Virus record (IMG/VR): IMGVR_UViG_3300028377_000005
Span: 51,648 to 115,647 of that record
Reading direction: 5' to 3' (one strand)
Length of the DNA: 64,000 nt
Source: a virus
A program made the position numbers and the translations under genes. Positions within the stretch are counted from its first letter, which is position 1; every line of letters starts with the position of its first letter. Below are positions 27,745-37,521 of this stretch, in pieces. The notes below the pieces were generated by a model, which saw only the letters and a list, made by a program, of their open reading frames with translations, made no database searches and was not told the DNA's origin.

Positions 27745-27773
27745 ACGATACCGTACCGTTTAGGGTGTGTCAA
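27745..27773 (-). promoter_or_regulatory. sigma70-like promoter TTGACA-N17-TATCGT
   Basis: Upstream of the DUF2997-like gene; the -10 lies inside a CCCTAA..TTAGGG inverted repeat. Confidence 0.65.
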
Positions 27774-28630
27774 TCCTTTTCTTCGGATTCGCTACGACCT
27801 TTATACTTATCGCTACGACCCTTGTCAACCTTCTCTGTTTTATCTACCAGCTTACCGTCCGACGCCCGCACGACTAAAGTCTCCTTTCCCTCTGAGGGAA
27901 TGGACCATGCGTCTTTATTGGGCTGCTGGGCCTTTTGGGAAGGTTTCATAACCTCCTCCTTGGGCTTCAGAAGGATACCGCCTTCCGGTACTTCGGTATT
28001 GTATCCAGAACGTGTTGAATCCGCAAGCTCTTTCTTACCCTCTTTAGCGGGTGGCGTAGGTTGATCTCTTTTCGCCACCTGTACTGGTTGCTGAGGTGTG
28101 TCCGGTTCGGGTTCTGATACTTGCGGTTCCGGCTGTGGTTCTGGCTCCTGCTCCTGTACAACATTTTCCGGGGGTTTCGTATTCGCTACGTCCTTTCCTT
28201 TTGCTGTTGCTAGCCGGTTGACCGAATCGTCTATTTTACCGCTATCATGGTTTTCTGACGCCGGGTTTGCCCGATGTATGATCGGTTCCTTTTGTTTCGG
28301 CTCAGGTTCCTTTTTGCCTTGGAACTGTTGCGGCTCCTCAAAACTATCCCACGATTGCAAGCGGACTTGCTGTTTTTCGTAAGATTCAAAGGCTTGATCT
28401 GCCAGCGGCTTGTATTCGGGGTCCTCTGGATTCACAAAATCCGGGGTCTGCAGCGCTTTGACTTGACGGTCCATCCGCTGTTGCCATTGCAAATCATTCA
28501 TTCGGCTGCGCTTGCAAGACGGATTGAGGCACCTTTTACAGTACGCCTCCATGAAATCACCAAAGCTGGCTTCCACACCCGTATCATCCATGCACTGATC
28601 AATATAGTCGTCAAGCGGGTTCATCATCAC
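27770..28630 (-). CDS. hypothetical protein with Cys-motif N-terminus and Pro/Glu/Gln-rich disordered tail
   Basis: YCKRCLNPSCKRS; EPEPQPEP. Confidence 0.7.
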   Translation of the reverse strand: MMMNPLDDYIDQCMDDTGVEASFGDFMEAYCKRCLNPSCKRSRMNDLQWQQRMDRQVKALQTPDFVNPEDPEYKPLADQAFESYEKQQVRLQSWDSFEEPQQFQGKKEPEPKQKEPIIHRANPASENHDSGKIDDSVNRLATAKGKDVANTKPPENVVQEQEPEPQPEPQVSEPEPDTPQQPVQVAKRDQPTPPAKEGKKELADSTRSGYNTEVPEGGILLKPKEEVMKPSQKAQQPNKDAWSIPSEGKETLVVRASDGKLVDKTEKVDKGRSDKYKGRSESEEKD

Positions 28631-28681
28631 CTGCTGTGTTATGTCCAGTCTCGTCGCATATAGACCACTTTTACAAGGGAA

Positions 28682-31600
28682 TTACCGGACTTCTTCGCCG
28701 TACAGGCCGAAGAAACGGGCCAGCGTTTCGAACTCTTTAGGCTCAATGAGGTGCTTATCCTCTTCCGAAATGATCACTTCCCCTTGCCAATCCAGTAAGC
28801 AAAGAGCGTAACTCCCCTTACCCTCGGCGCGGAAAAAATCGAAAATCTGATAGAGATAGCGCATCATTGTTCGGATATGGATCGGGTCGTTGCCATTATA
28901 AAGCCCCGGCCCATTCGCCAGTTGGTACGTGAAAATAGGACCATTCGCCCCTGTGCGCCCTTTCGATGAGCGAGCCTCTTTGATCGACATATAAAACTCC
29001 CTGATATTGCTGTACGTGATTTCAGGCTCCGGGTCCGTTTCCACGTCCTCGGTTTCCGAAGGTTCTTCGGTAATATCTTCCGGCTCGGGGTCAGGTTCGG
29101 GTTCCGGCTCGGGGTCGCCTTCGATCACGGTTTCGTTACCGTCGTCGTCAATGTACCACATGCCCGGTTGCATTTCGATATGATTCCACAAGTAGCGCGG
29201 AACCTTATCCTCAGCCTTACCCGTCTCCGGGTTAAGCGAATGCATAGCGTACCAGTTGTATGCTACGTTGAAATTCTGTCCAACTTCAACGTCACAAGAC
29301 AGCGGGACCGGCCACTTCATCTTGTCCCCAAGCTCGGTCATGATATCCGTAATCGCCGGGAACAGCTTGTCCATGTACTCGTTGCGAATCTCGAAAACAA
29401 GCTCGTCGTGAACAGTAATGATCAGACGGCAATCGTCAAGGTGGCCCTCACTTTTCAGATATTGGTATACGCGGCCCATGCAATACTTGGTAAGGTCGCC
29501 GGTGGCCGTTCCCTGAATGATACTGTTGATCGCGTTACGCTCGGCCTTAGAGCTAATCCACCCTTCGCTGTGGTCAATATCTCCTAGCCGCATCATACGA
29601 CCCACACCGGTGGCTACCTCTTTGTTTGCCTTGCACCGTTTGATTACTTCGCCGAACCATGTGTTAAGACGAGGCAAGCCAGACAGGACTTTGTTCCGAA
29701 TGAACGTACCTTCTTCACGGCTCACACCGGTTGATCTGGCAACCGCCGATCCCGAACCACCGTAAAGGATAGCGAAGTTTGCGCCTTTCGCTTTCTGGCG
29801 GTACTGCTTGAAGTCAGGCTTGTTGGTTACGTCGTCACCGAAAACAATCTTGGTGGTAAGCGTGTGGAGGTCACCAATCTTGTCCGACCCGCAATTAGTG
29901 CAAGTGCCGGGAGGCTTGTTTGGGATCTCATATTTCTTGAAGCCCAACGGGTTATCCGGCGTCAAATCTACGGGTTCACCGAACTCGGTATCGCATTTAC
30001 TGCACCGATAAAATTCTTCGATCCACTTCGGCTCTTGCGAAATGGATGCAGCGACTCTTAGCTCGACACCGGACTGGTCAATAGCGGCAATGGAGAAGCC
30101 TTCACGGGCGATAATTGCTGGCCGGGCGGAGGCGTCAAGGGATAGGATCTTGACGTTGATTTCGCCGTCTTCAGGCTCTTCTCCGTGCTGGCATTCCTCT
30201 ACGAACGGGCACCCTTCGCATGTGGACCGGACGCAATACTCTTGATCTTCGAGCGGGTCACGAACGAAATGGTTGTTGTACAGTCGGATCAAGAAATCAT
30301 TTTCGACGAACTCCACGAAGTTCTCATACAGGGTAGGATCTTCCTCCCCATCACCTTCCGGGCGGCGGATGATCTTTTTGCCGCTGAACTTACCGACATT
30401 GTAACCCGCAGGCATCGACTGGACGTTGATACCACTGTAACCTTGATCGGGCTTACCTTTCGATGCCGCATAACGTCCCGTATCGACGCGGTTAGGTAAG
30501 AACGAGAATCGGATCGTGTTGTCGTTTAGGACATGGTTAGGGTACGGACGAGTGCCGTCTGGTTTGATATACCCGTCTGTGTTGTATTGCAACGGGCGCA
30601 GGTACGTGCCGTCGACTTTCTGTAGCTTGCGGAAAGCTGTGATCTTCTTGATGAACGGCAGTTTATCACCCACCTTCTCCGCCAGTTTCGTGATCACGTC
30701 GTCAGAGGTTTTGACCTGTGGGTTGTCCTCGTTGTCGGTCATCGCCAGCTTGGTTTTGATATAGCCCCGCTCCTTTAGGAACGCGAGCGCTTCACCTAGC
30801 TTTTTGGGGCTGGACACGTCGTCTTCGTGGAAATACTCCATCCCCCTTTCCCGAATACCCGACGCAATATCGTTTTTCGCTTGGGTGATCATCTGGTCGA
30901 CTTCGAACCGTACCCGGTCGAGATAGTCGAGGTCCACTTTAGGCCGGTTGCGCTCCATCCATCGCAACGCGGGTACGTTGATCTTTTCGATGTAATAGAC
31001 GAACGGTTGGCTATCGTAAATCGACTTTTCACCGGGACTTACCGGTACACAGCCGAACACCGTTTCACCTTGTTCACCACGGCCTACCGGTTTGTACGAA
31101 TGTTCGCGGTAAAACTGAAACAAGAGGTACGTGCTGATTGCATCCGATCCCGCATATAGCACCACTGGTTCCCACGATGGGTCCAAGGTCGAAAAGTCAC
31201 GGTCCTTGATGTGCTCGGGGAAAAGCTCCTTGAGGCCGATCATTTCCATGTCAAGGAAACGTTTCGACAGGTGCTTGAGTCCGTGGCGCTTGTCCGATGA
31301 ATCCCGCAGGTAATCTAGGATCAAGGTGTCTTCGAACTCTTTGAAAGAGTCGATCTCAATGCCTTCGCCGTACAGGAATTCGTGGTCGAAAGCCGCGTTG
31401 TGGTAAATCGTAATGCAATTGGAACAGAGACGGGCAATCTCTTCCACAACCTCAGCCGGATCCAGATTGTAAGCAGCTCCGTCGCCTTTGTGTCTGACAG
31501 GCACGTAGACGCCTTCTTCACCGTCATAGCTTAGGCAATACCCGACTATCTTATGGACCGTCTCACCGTTGTCCCTGACCCGGTTGTCGAGGCCCTCCGT

Positions 31601-31780
31601 CTCCAAGTCAAGAGCACAATGGCCAGCTTCGATAGCCCGGTCAATGATAGACCGCAACTGTTCGATCGTACTGACCAGTGTAAACGTTTTATCTTCCATC
31701 CAAGGTTTCGGATCCACTTCGACTACGTTTTTGTAGCCGAACAGTGATTCAAAACCTAATTCTTCGTCAGCCATTAGCAT
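28682..31780 (-). CDS. polA: family A DNA polymerase with 3'-5' exonuclease and Cys-rich insertions
   Basis: Exo motifs LDLETEG, HNAAFD, YAGSDA; TGRY; DQSGVELRV (A); RQKAKGANFAILYG (B); NSIIQGTA; TVHDE (C). Confidence 0.95.
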   Translation of the reverse strand: MLMADEELGFESLFGYKNVVEVDPKPWMEDKTFTLVSTIEQLRSIIDRAIEAGHCALDLETEGLDNRVRDNGETVHKIVGYCLSYDGEEGVYVPVRHKGDGAAYNLDPAEVVEEIARLCSNCITIYHNAAFDHEFLYGEGIEIDSFKEFEDTLILDYLRDSSDKRHGLKHLSKRFLDMEMIGLKELFPEHIKDRDFSTLDPSWEPVVLYAGSDAISTYLLFQFYREHSYKPVGRGEQGETVFGCVPVSPGEKSIYDSQPFVYYIEKINVPALRWMERNRPKVDLDYLDRVRFEVDQMITQAKNDIASGIRERGMEYFHEDDVSSPKKLGEALAFLKERGYIKTKLAMTDNEDNPQVKTSDDVITKLAEKVGDKLPFIKKITAFRKLQKVDGTYLRPLQYNTDGYIKPDGTRPYPNHVLNDNTIRFSFLPNRVDTGRYAASKGKPDQGYSGINVQSMPAGYNVGKFSGKKIIRRPEGDGEEDPTLYENFVEFVENDFLIRLYNNHFVRDPLEDQEYCVRSTCEGCPFVEECQHGEEPEDGEINVKILSLDASARPAIIAREGFSIAAIDQSGVELRVAASISQEPKWIEEFYRCSKCDTEFGEPVDLTPDNPLGFKKYEIPNKPPGTCTNCGSDKIGDLHTLTTKIVFGDDVTNKPDFKQYRQKAKGANFAILYGGSGSAVARSTGVSREEGTFIRNKVLSGLPRLNTWFGEVIKRCKANKEVATGVGRMMRLGDIDHSEGWISSKAERNAINSIIQGTATGDLTKYCMGRVYQYLKSEGHLDDCRLIITVHDELVFEIRNEYMDKLFPAITDIMTELGDKMKWPVPLSCDVEVGQNFNVAYNWYAMHSLNPETGKAEDKVPRYLWNHIEMQPGMWYIDDDGNETVIEGDPEPEPEPDPEPEDITEEPSETEDVETDPEPEITYSNIREFYMSIKEARSSKGRTGANGPIFTYQLANGPGLYNGNDPIHIRTMMRYLYQIFDFFRAEGKGSYALCLLDWQGEVIISEEDKHLIEPKEFETLARFFGLYGEEVR

Positions 31781-32216
31781 TCTCCGGTTGTACTAGTATC
31801 ACGTAAAACCCGAGCCGCCATAGATCATAGAGACGAGTTACTATCGGCCTTACACGGTCGTTGTCCACATTTGCGTCGTAACAAGGGGGTGGGGTTTGGT
31901 GCGCCTCGCATACTCCTTTTTCGAAGCTGGGGCAGCTATCTTTATAATGACACGTCTTGATCTCAAGAGCGAGCTTCATAAAGCAAGCGTCCGCGTCTAG
32001 TCCAACTTCATCGAGAAAAGGCCGGGTATACCGGTGCTTTAGTTCGAAGTAGGCTTGGCTAGATATGGGGCTAATCAAGTCCCTGATACTTTCTAATTCT
32101 TCGGCGGTACGTAAAGGCTCCCAATCGTCTTCCCACGTACCATCGTCGTTAACGGTGATAGCGAAGATCGAAAGGGTGCCCCACGTATCGTCATGAATTT
32201 GAAACTGACTGGGCAT
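31767..32216 (-). CDS. Cys-rich hypothetical protein
   Basis: C..CHYKDSC..C..PPPC; coupled to the polymerase gene. Confidence 0.7.
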   Translation of the reverse strand: MPSQFQIHDDTWGTLSIFAITVNDDGTWEDDWEPLRTAEELESIRDLISPISSQAYFELKHRYTRPFLDEVGLDADACFMKLALEIKTCHYKDSCPSFEKGVCEAHQTPPPCYDANVDNDRVRPIVTRLYDLWRLGFYVILVQPENANG

Positions 32217-32604
32217 CCGTTACCATAAGTAGGTATCGACCCTTAGCGAGATCCTCTTCCGTTTCGAGGATGCTTTGTAGGGCCTCGTGGCTATCTGTAT
32301 GCACAAGCCACCATGCGTTCGCACCTAAGCGAACGGTGCATACCAAATCGAAACCGAAGGCTTCGCTCTGTTCTATGAACGTTTCGGGTTGTTCTTTTGC
32401 TTCAATGAGATCTACCGCATTTGCCACGGCGGTGCTGGAAACCTTTCCCAGACCGGGGTGGAAGAAAATACGTACATCCACGGGCACCTCACCGGCGCGC
32501 TCTTTATTGACGGGGTAATTATTTGCCCAATCAAAAAGGTGTTCAAGCAGCGCATCCGATGTTAGATCTCTTCGGTAAATCCGTGGGGATCGTAATAGAA
32601 TCAT
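32191..32604 (-). CDS. hypothetical protein
   Basis: 137-aa ORF in the replication operon. Confidence 0.6.
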   Translation of the reverse strand: MILLRSPRIYRRDLTSDALLEHLFDWANNYPVNKERAGEVPVDVRIFFHPGLGKVSSTAVANAVDLIEAKEQPETFIEQSEAFGFDLVCTVRLGANAWWLVHTDSHEALQSILETEEDLAKGRYLLMVTDAQSVSNS

Positions 32605-32653
32605 AGTGGTTCATCGTTTGTAGTGTCATAATCATCACTCTTTCAAGGCGAGA

Positions 32654-33253
32654 TCACGTTTCCCATTTCTTAACACGATCATACACCTTTCGGAGTACTT
32701 TGACAACCCGATCATCTTCGACATTTCCGTGCTGGACGTCGTAACGCAGGTTATCGAGTACGAAAAATATTTTGGTTGCTTGTTTCCACGTGATCTTACC
32801 GTGGAACTCCCGTATGGACCGAGCTATCTTAGTCTCGGCCCGGTCGATATTATCTAGGAGGGTGGGGGCCGTCTGTTGCTTTCGTAACAACGCCCCCATT
32901 TCACGTCGGGTCTTTTTATCGGAAGGATCGAACGAGGGTGTGGGGACATCCGTCACGCCGAACGAGCGTTCGATAAACGAAAGCGCCTTACCAAACGACA
33001 ACCCTTCCGCATCACGTACCCACTCTACAACATCCCGATCTTTGTGGCAGGCAAAGCAATAGGTCGAATCGGATTCGGGATACATCCGGGCTGAGTAACT
33101 GTTGTCTTGTCCATCACCGTGGAGGGGGCACGGGAATTGGAACTCCCGTTCACGAGTGCGGATACGGACCCCGTAGTAATCGAGGACGTCTTGCATCTCC
33201 ACTTGGCCCTTGATGTTCTCGACGCGCTCTTTGTTGTAGGCATCCCAATCCAT
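32654..33253 (-). CDS. CHC2 zinc-finger protein (primase Zn-binding domain, no TOPRIM)
   Basis: CPLHGDGQDNSYSA..YCFACHKDRDVVEWV..SFGKAL. Confidence 0.85.
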   Translation of the reverse strand: MDWDAYNKERVENIKGQVEMQDVLDYYGVRIRTREREFQFPCPLHGDGQDNSYSARMYPESDSTYCFACHKDRDVVEWVRDAEGLSFGKALSFIERSFGVTDVPTPSFDPSDKKTRREMGALLRKQQTAPTLLDNIDRAETKIARSIREFHGKITWKQATKIFFVLDNLRYDVQHGNVEDDRVVKVLRKVYDRVKKWET

Positions 33254-34782
33254 TATTCTTCACCCTCTTCGCTTGTTGCTTCTTGGCCCATCATGTCCTC
33301 TTCGATGATACGTTGCATGTCCTCTTGACTGTTGGCGTTCAACATGCGGTGATCTGAAGCGGTCGAAAAGTCGTTGTAGAGGTAGCGCGTTTCCCAATCC
33401 ACATTGGCTGTGAAAGGTAGAAAATGCGGGTTGTCTCGGTTCTTCAGGCAACCGAACTTCATCGAACGGTTGGCCCGCAAATCGTTGTTGAGGAAAGACG
33501 TTGTAATCACGTCAGACGAACGCTCCGCTTCGTTTGAGTCAGCGAGCGCCTGCATCTTGTATACACCGTCGTTCTTTTCAGCTTCGAGCTTACCACTACG
33601 GTTGATCTGAAGCAGGCCGAGGATCGGTATACGCTCGCCGCCGTTAAACGACAGAGCCAAACGCTTGGTATCCCGGACGATACTGTTGAGGTCCGTGTAA
33701 TAATTACGGGTCGACTTTTCAGGACGCATCAACGCAAAGTGATCCACGATGCACATGTGCAAAGGCGTCTGTTGGTGCGTGATCTCCATGTCTTGGCGAA
33801 GGCGGGGGACCGTCACTTCTTCATCCGGGCTGCGAACGATAAAGGACCCGTAACTTTTGCCCCGGTTCTCTTCAACATCGTCAATAACGTGGCGGTAAAA
33901 CTCTTTTTGCTCTTCACTGATCGGGTTGCCTTCTACATCTTCACCGTCACGAATAAGGCGGTAAGATAGGCGAGGCCAACCTTGCCCTTGGAATTTCGGG
34001 TGGTTGGAGTGCATCACGTAAATGATGCGTCGGATCTGATCTACCGGCATCTCCAGTGACAGGTAATATACGTTGTGTTGCAATAGGAACACAGCGCGAT
34101 ACGCCCAATTCAATGCAAAGCCGGTTTTGAACTCACCGGTGAAGCCCGCGTGGGTCCACATCTCCCCGGACTTGATACCACGACACACCTGATCAATGTC
34201 CCGAAGTCCCGTAATAACACCCCATGATTTTTTCCGAGCGGCACATACCCGATCGAACTCTTCGCGCACCTCTTGCGAATCATAAGTAATGTTGGACTTT
34301 GTGCGTTGGCCACGGTCGGAAGCTAGGAGGTCGTCGGCGTTTTTCATGATGTACTTCATGGCCCCTCTGTGGCCTTTGTACGTCACGGTTTCACGCCCCT
34401 CCTTGATTGTCAGTCCGTCAAACAGGATCTGCGCCGACGTTTTCAAAACGACGTGCATTTCCTGATCTTTTTGGAGCTTGACTTCCTCTTCAATCAGGTT
34501 TTCGAAGTCGCTATTTTCATAGACCCGCGTAAATGATGCGATCTCATCTAGGCGGTCAACGGTCGACAGTTCCCCGTGGCGCTCTAGGAAATCCCGGATG
34601 GTATCCGTCGTCGGACACGCGGAATAGTTGAGCGCATAGTTCTGGATGTAGTTCCAGATTTCCCGATCTTCCTCGTCGGCGAGCGACAAGCTGGATTGGG
34701 ATAGATAGATGTAATTCTTCAGGAGAGAGTCTTGGGAGACCTGACCATCGGCGTCAATGACCGATCTTAAAATTTTCTTCAT
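33253..34782 (-). CDS. DnaB-like replicative helicase
   Basis: ITGLRDID, GFTGEFKT (variant Walker A), SLEM, IVDH, QINR, ERSSD, LKNRD. Confidence 0.88.
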   Translation of the reverse strand: MKKILRSVIDADGQVSQDSLLKNYIYLSQSSLSLADEEDREIWNYIQNYALNYSACPTTDTIRDFLERHGELSTVDRLDEIASFTRVYENSDFENLIEEEVKLQKDQEMHVVLKTSAQILFDGLTIKEGRETVTYKGHRGAMKYIMKNADDLLASDRGQRTKSNITYDSQEVREEFDRVCAARKKSWGVITGLRDIDQVCRGIKSGEMWTHAGFTGEFKTGFALNWAYRAVFLLQHNVYYLSLEMPVDQIRRIIYVMHSNHPKFQGQGWPRLSYRLIRDGEDVEGNPISEEQKEFYRHVIDDVEENRGKSYGSFIVRSPDEEVTVPRLRQDMEITHQQTPLHMCIVDHFALMRPEKSTRNYYTDLNSIVRDTKRLALSFNGGERIPILGLLQINRSGKLEAEKNDGVYKMQALADSNEAERSSDVITTSFLNNDLRANRSMKFGCLKNRDNPHFLPFTANVDWETRYLYNDFSTASDHRMLNANSQEDMQRIIEEDMMGQEATSEEGEE

Positions 34783-34818
34783 GGTCGTACCGTGTGTCGT
34801 GGGTGGCGGTAATTAGTC

Positions 34819-35547
34819 TTAGAGCAAGTCACTGAGATTCACGTCAGCTTTCTTCCGCTTGACCTTTTTCCCGCTTGCATCTTTTGTTTCAGTCTCCCGC
34901 ATAACGATCCCTTCGTGGAGGCTTTTCGTCTGGATGGAGGGCTTGATCTTTTTCTGTTGGAAATTCTCAACGATGTATTCTTCGACTTCCGGCGACCAGC
35001 ACAGGTGCCCTTTGGTGAAGGGGTGTGCGTGCGGGTTGACAACCCATGTAGGCTTACCTTCGAACGTGCGGACCCGGAGGGCTTCGAGGATAACGCCCGG
35101 CAATGCACGGTTGGGATAAGACACGACGCAAAGGAAAATGATCAAGAGATCGGGGTCCTCTACAAGATCACGCAGTGACGTGAAATCTACCGTCTCAGCG
35201 GTGCCTTCCTCTTGGGAGTGCGAACGTTCCTTGGAAAGCCAAGCGTCAAGCATCTGGCTATCATTCGTGACCCGGCTAAAGTAATTTAACCCTTGGTCGA
35301 TCAAGGAGTATCGAACGTGTGGCAAAAAGTCCCGTCGTGTTGAAGTCACGAACAGGTTCTTTTCGACGCACTTTTTGTAGGGGCTGTCGTCGATATCTGG
35401 CGCATCGAAAATCTCTTTGCCTAGCTTGCTTCGGTACAGTGATCTAAGCGTACACCGGCACCGGACCCTAGAGTCGGGATCTTCAGGTACGGGCAAATAC
35501 CCCGCCCCACCGCAAATGGTGCATGTTCGCTGTTCTTTACTCATCAT
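34819..35547 (-). CDS. DnaC/IstB-like helicase-loader homologue with degenerate ATPase motifs
   Basis: CTICGGAG..CRC N-terminus; PDLLIIFL where Walker B is expected; R..GKPTWV; next to DnaB. Confidence 0.55.
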   Translation of the reverse strand: MMSKEQRTCTICGGAGYLPVPEDPDSRVRCRCTLRSLYRSKLGKEIFDAPDIDDSPYKKCVEKNLFVTSTRRDFLPHVRYSLIDQGLNYFSRVTNDSQMLDAWLSKERSHSQEEGTAETVDFTSLRDLVEDPDLLIIFLCVVSYPNRALPGVILEALRVRTFEGKPTWVVNPHAHPFTKGHLCWSPEVEEYIVENFQQKKIKPSIQTKSLHEGIVMRETETKDASGKKVKRKKADVNLSDLL

Positions 35548-37228
35548 GGAGTTCCCTTGCGCTTTTGTATAACTGAGCGAAAATGTCCCCGGTATCACTA
35601 CCCGATCTAAAGATCTCCTCGCCAGCGTCCTCGTTGCCGAGAATACGTTCGCCGAGGGCACCTTCGATAAAGCCCATTTTCTTATTGAGTGTTGATGTCA
35701 CGTGTTGATCGATAGTTTGCTCGCCCCACGGCCCTTCGGACAGGAGGTGGATTGAGTATACGCTCTGGTGGGGTGATCCAATACGAATCATTCGTCCTAC
35801 TAACTGCAGATAATCACCGGCTGACCACGGCAGATCAAAGAATACCATAACGCGGGCCTGTTGCAAGTTCATTGCTTCAGCACCGGCCATTGTCAAGAAG
35901 ATTGTATTGGTCCCTTCCGTTTCAGTAAAGGCGATCCTGCCCGCATCGCGTTCGTCACTGTCCTCAGAACCCGTCACACGTGCAAAGCCTTTTTCGATGT
36001 CACGCTTAGGTACGTATTCTTTGCCGTCCTTTTCAACGGCATAGGTGTAACCTTTCTGCTCAAGGAGGTATTGCAAGCGATCGACCATTTGCCGGAACCG
36101 GCTGAATACGATCACCTTTTCCCCGGCTAGGTCCTCTTCCAAGAGGTCCATGAGCATATCGACTTTTCTGGCTTCACCTTCGTTGCCGATAAGGAAAGGG
36201 TCGTTAGCGATCTGTTGGCAATAGATCAACTGTGTGAGCTTGGTGGTTTCCTTTTCTTCCTCATCGTCCGTGCCTTCATTGACCGTCAGAAGCCCCTGAA
36301 GCGCCTCGTTGTAGTACTCCCACTGTACCCCGGACATGGGGATATTGATCTCTTTGGTGGTGAGTACGGGAAGCTCCTTGGCGACGTGGTGCTTGGCACG
36401 CCCAAGGTAATAAGGGTCGATCTTGTTCTTGAAAAGCTCGATGTGATCTTTACTGTGCCCCACCACCACTTTGACTTTGCGGCCCCCGCCGATAGGCTGG
36501 AACCGTGTAACACAATAGTTGCTCAAAAAAGCGGTCTTGGTTCGGAAAACATCAGGGTTGATCACCTTGAAAATGCCATATCCCTCGACCAAGTTGTTCT
36601 TGATCAGGGTAGCTGTAAGCCCGTAGGTACGGGCGCTTTTTTCGGACAGTTGCTTACAAACTTTGTGCGTTTTGGATTTGGTGCTTTTGAATGCCGTAGC
36701 CTCGTCACCTACCATAACCACACGCACGTCATCTCGGTCGAGATAGTCACGCATTTCATCGCGCCAATCCCTACGGAGACGCGGGTAATTCATGATGAGG
36801 ACACGTGGCCTTTCGGGATCCCACGTGGTGAAGTAGTCCTCGTAAACAGCAGCACGCTCCGCAGGCCCTCCCGCTGCGATCACCCAATCCACATTACGTG
36901 TGAATTTGTCGATCTCACCGCCCCATTGCCGCATTGCGGAGGTGGTAGTGAGGACGATAGGACGGAGATCAGGCTCCTTTTCCCAAAGATAACACATCGT
37001 AGCGATCGCTTCAAGCGTCTTACCCAAACCGGTATCGTCACCACAGATGAAACTTTTCATCATCAACATGTGGTAGACCATCTGGATCTGGTAAGGCCGC
37101 AACTGAAGCGGTACCTCTTCCCCATTTGGTTTTTCAATGGTTTCCCGCAAAAACTTGCAGGGTTTCAGCTTGATATTTTCGGAAGCGCGTATCTTGAGGA
37201 GTTTTTCGTAAACCGGGTTCTCTTTCAT
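35537..37228 (-). CDS. SNF2-family helicase
   Basis: LRPYQ, DDTGLGKT, GDEAT, LTAT, KVIVFS, GAEAMNLQ, DLPW, QLVGRMIRIG. Confidence 0.93.
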   Translation of the reverse strand: MKENPVYEKLLKIRASENIKLKPCKFLRETIEKPNGEEVPLQLRPYQIQMVYHMLMMKSFICGDDTGLGKTLEAIATMCYLWEKEPDLRPIVLTTTSAMRQWGGEIDKFTRNVDWVIAAGGPAERAAVYEDYFTTWDPERPRVLIMNYPRLRRDWRDEMRDYLDRDDVRVVMVGDEATAFKSTKSKTHKVCKQLSEKSARTYGLTATLIKNNLVEGYGIFKVINPDVFRTKTAFLSNYCVTRFQPIGGGRKVKVVVGHSKDHIELFKNKIDPYYLGRAKHHVAKELPVLTTKEINIPMSGVQWEYYNEALQGLLTVNEGTDDEEEKETTKLTQLIYCQQIANDPFLIGNEGEARKVDMLMDLLEEDLAGEKVIVFSRFRQMVDRLQYLLEQKGYTYAVEKDGKEYVPKRDIEKGFARVTGSEDSDERDAGRIAFTETEGTNTIFLTMAGAEAMNLQQARVMVFFDLPWSAGDYLQLVGRMIRIGSPHQSVYSIHLLSEGPWGEQTIDQHVTSTLNKKMGFIEGALGERILGNEDAGEEIFRSGSDTGDIFAQLYKSARELHDE

Positions 37229-37253
37229 GTACCGTCGTAGTCAGGGGTATAGA

Positions 37254-37520
37254 TCAATCAAACAAAGTTTCGTACAAAAAGTCGATTAAGGAGCGGCGGG
37301 TTTCGCCAGCGGGAGGACGCATAAGGAGCATGGCTACCTTTTTGCGCTCTACACCACGGTTGCGAGCGACTTCAGTGAGCTTGGCTTTGATCTCACGCTT
37401 GAGGCGGGGCTGAAACTCATCAATAGCCCAATCACGTAGGTCCTCATAAGCGTCGCGTGCGGCACCTGTATCGGGTTCGTTTCGGATGATCGCATCTTTC
37501 TTTTCGTCACTCATACCCAC
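37254..37520 (-). CDS. hypothetical protein
   Basis: 88-aa ORF. Confidence 0.55.
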   Translation of the reverse strand: MGMSDEKKDAIIRNEPDTGAARDAYEDLRDWAIDEFQPRLKREIKAKLTEVARNRGVERKKVAMLLMRPPAGETRRSLIDFLYETLFD

Positions 37521-37521
37521 C

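Noticed and set aside
29877-30405. Inteins in the DNA polymerase
   Set aside because: Inserts are short and lack intein termini (C/S start, HN end) or LAGLIDADG motifs
36215-37240. 341-aa plus-strand ORF and similar long antisense ORFs (e.g. 2958-3650, 10442-11098, 25048-25689)
   Set aside because: Antisense shadows of genes with clear motifs; no recognisable motifs of their own
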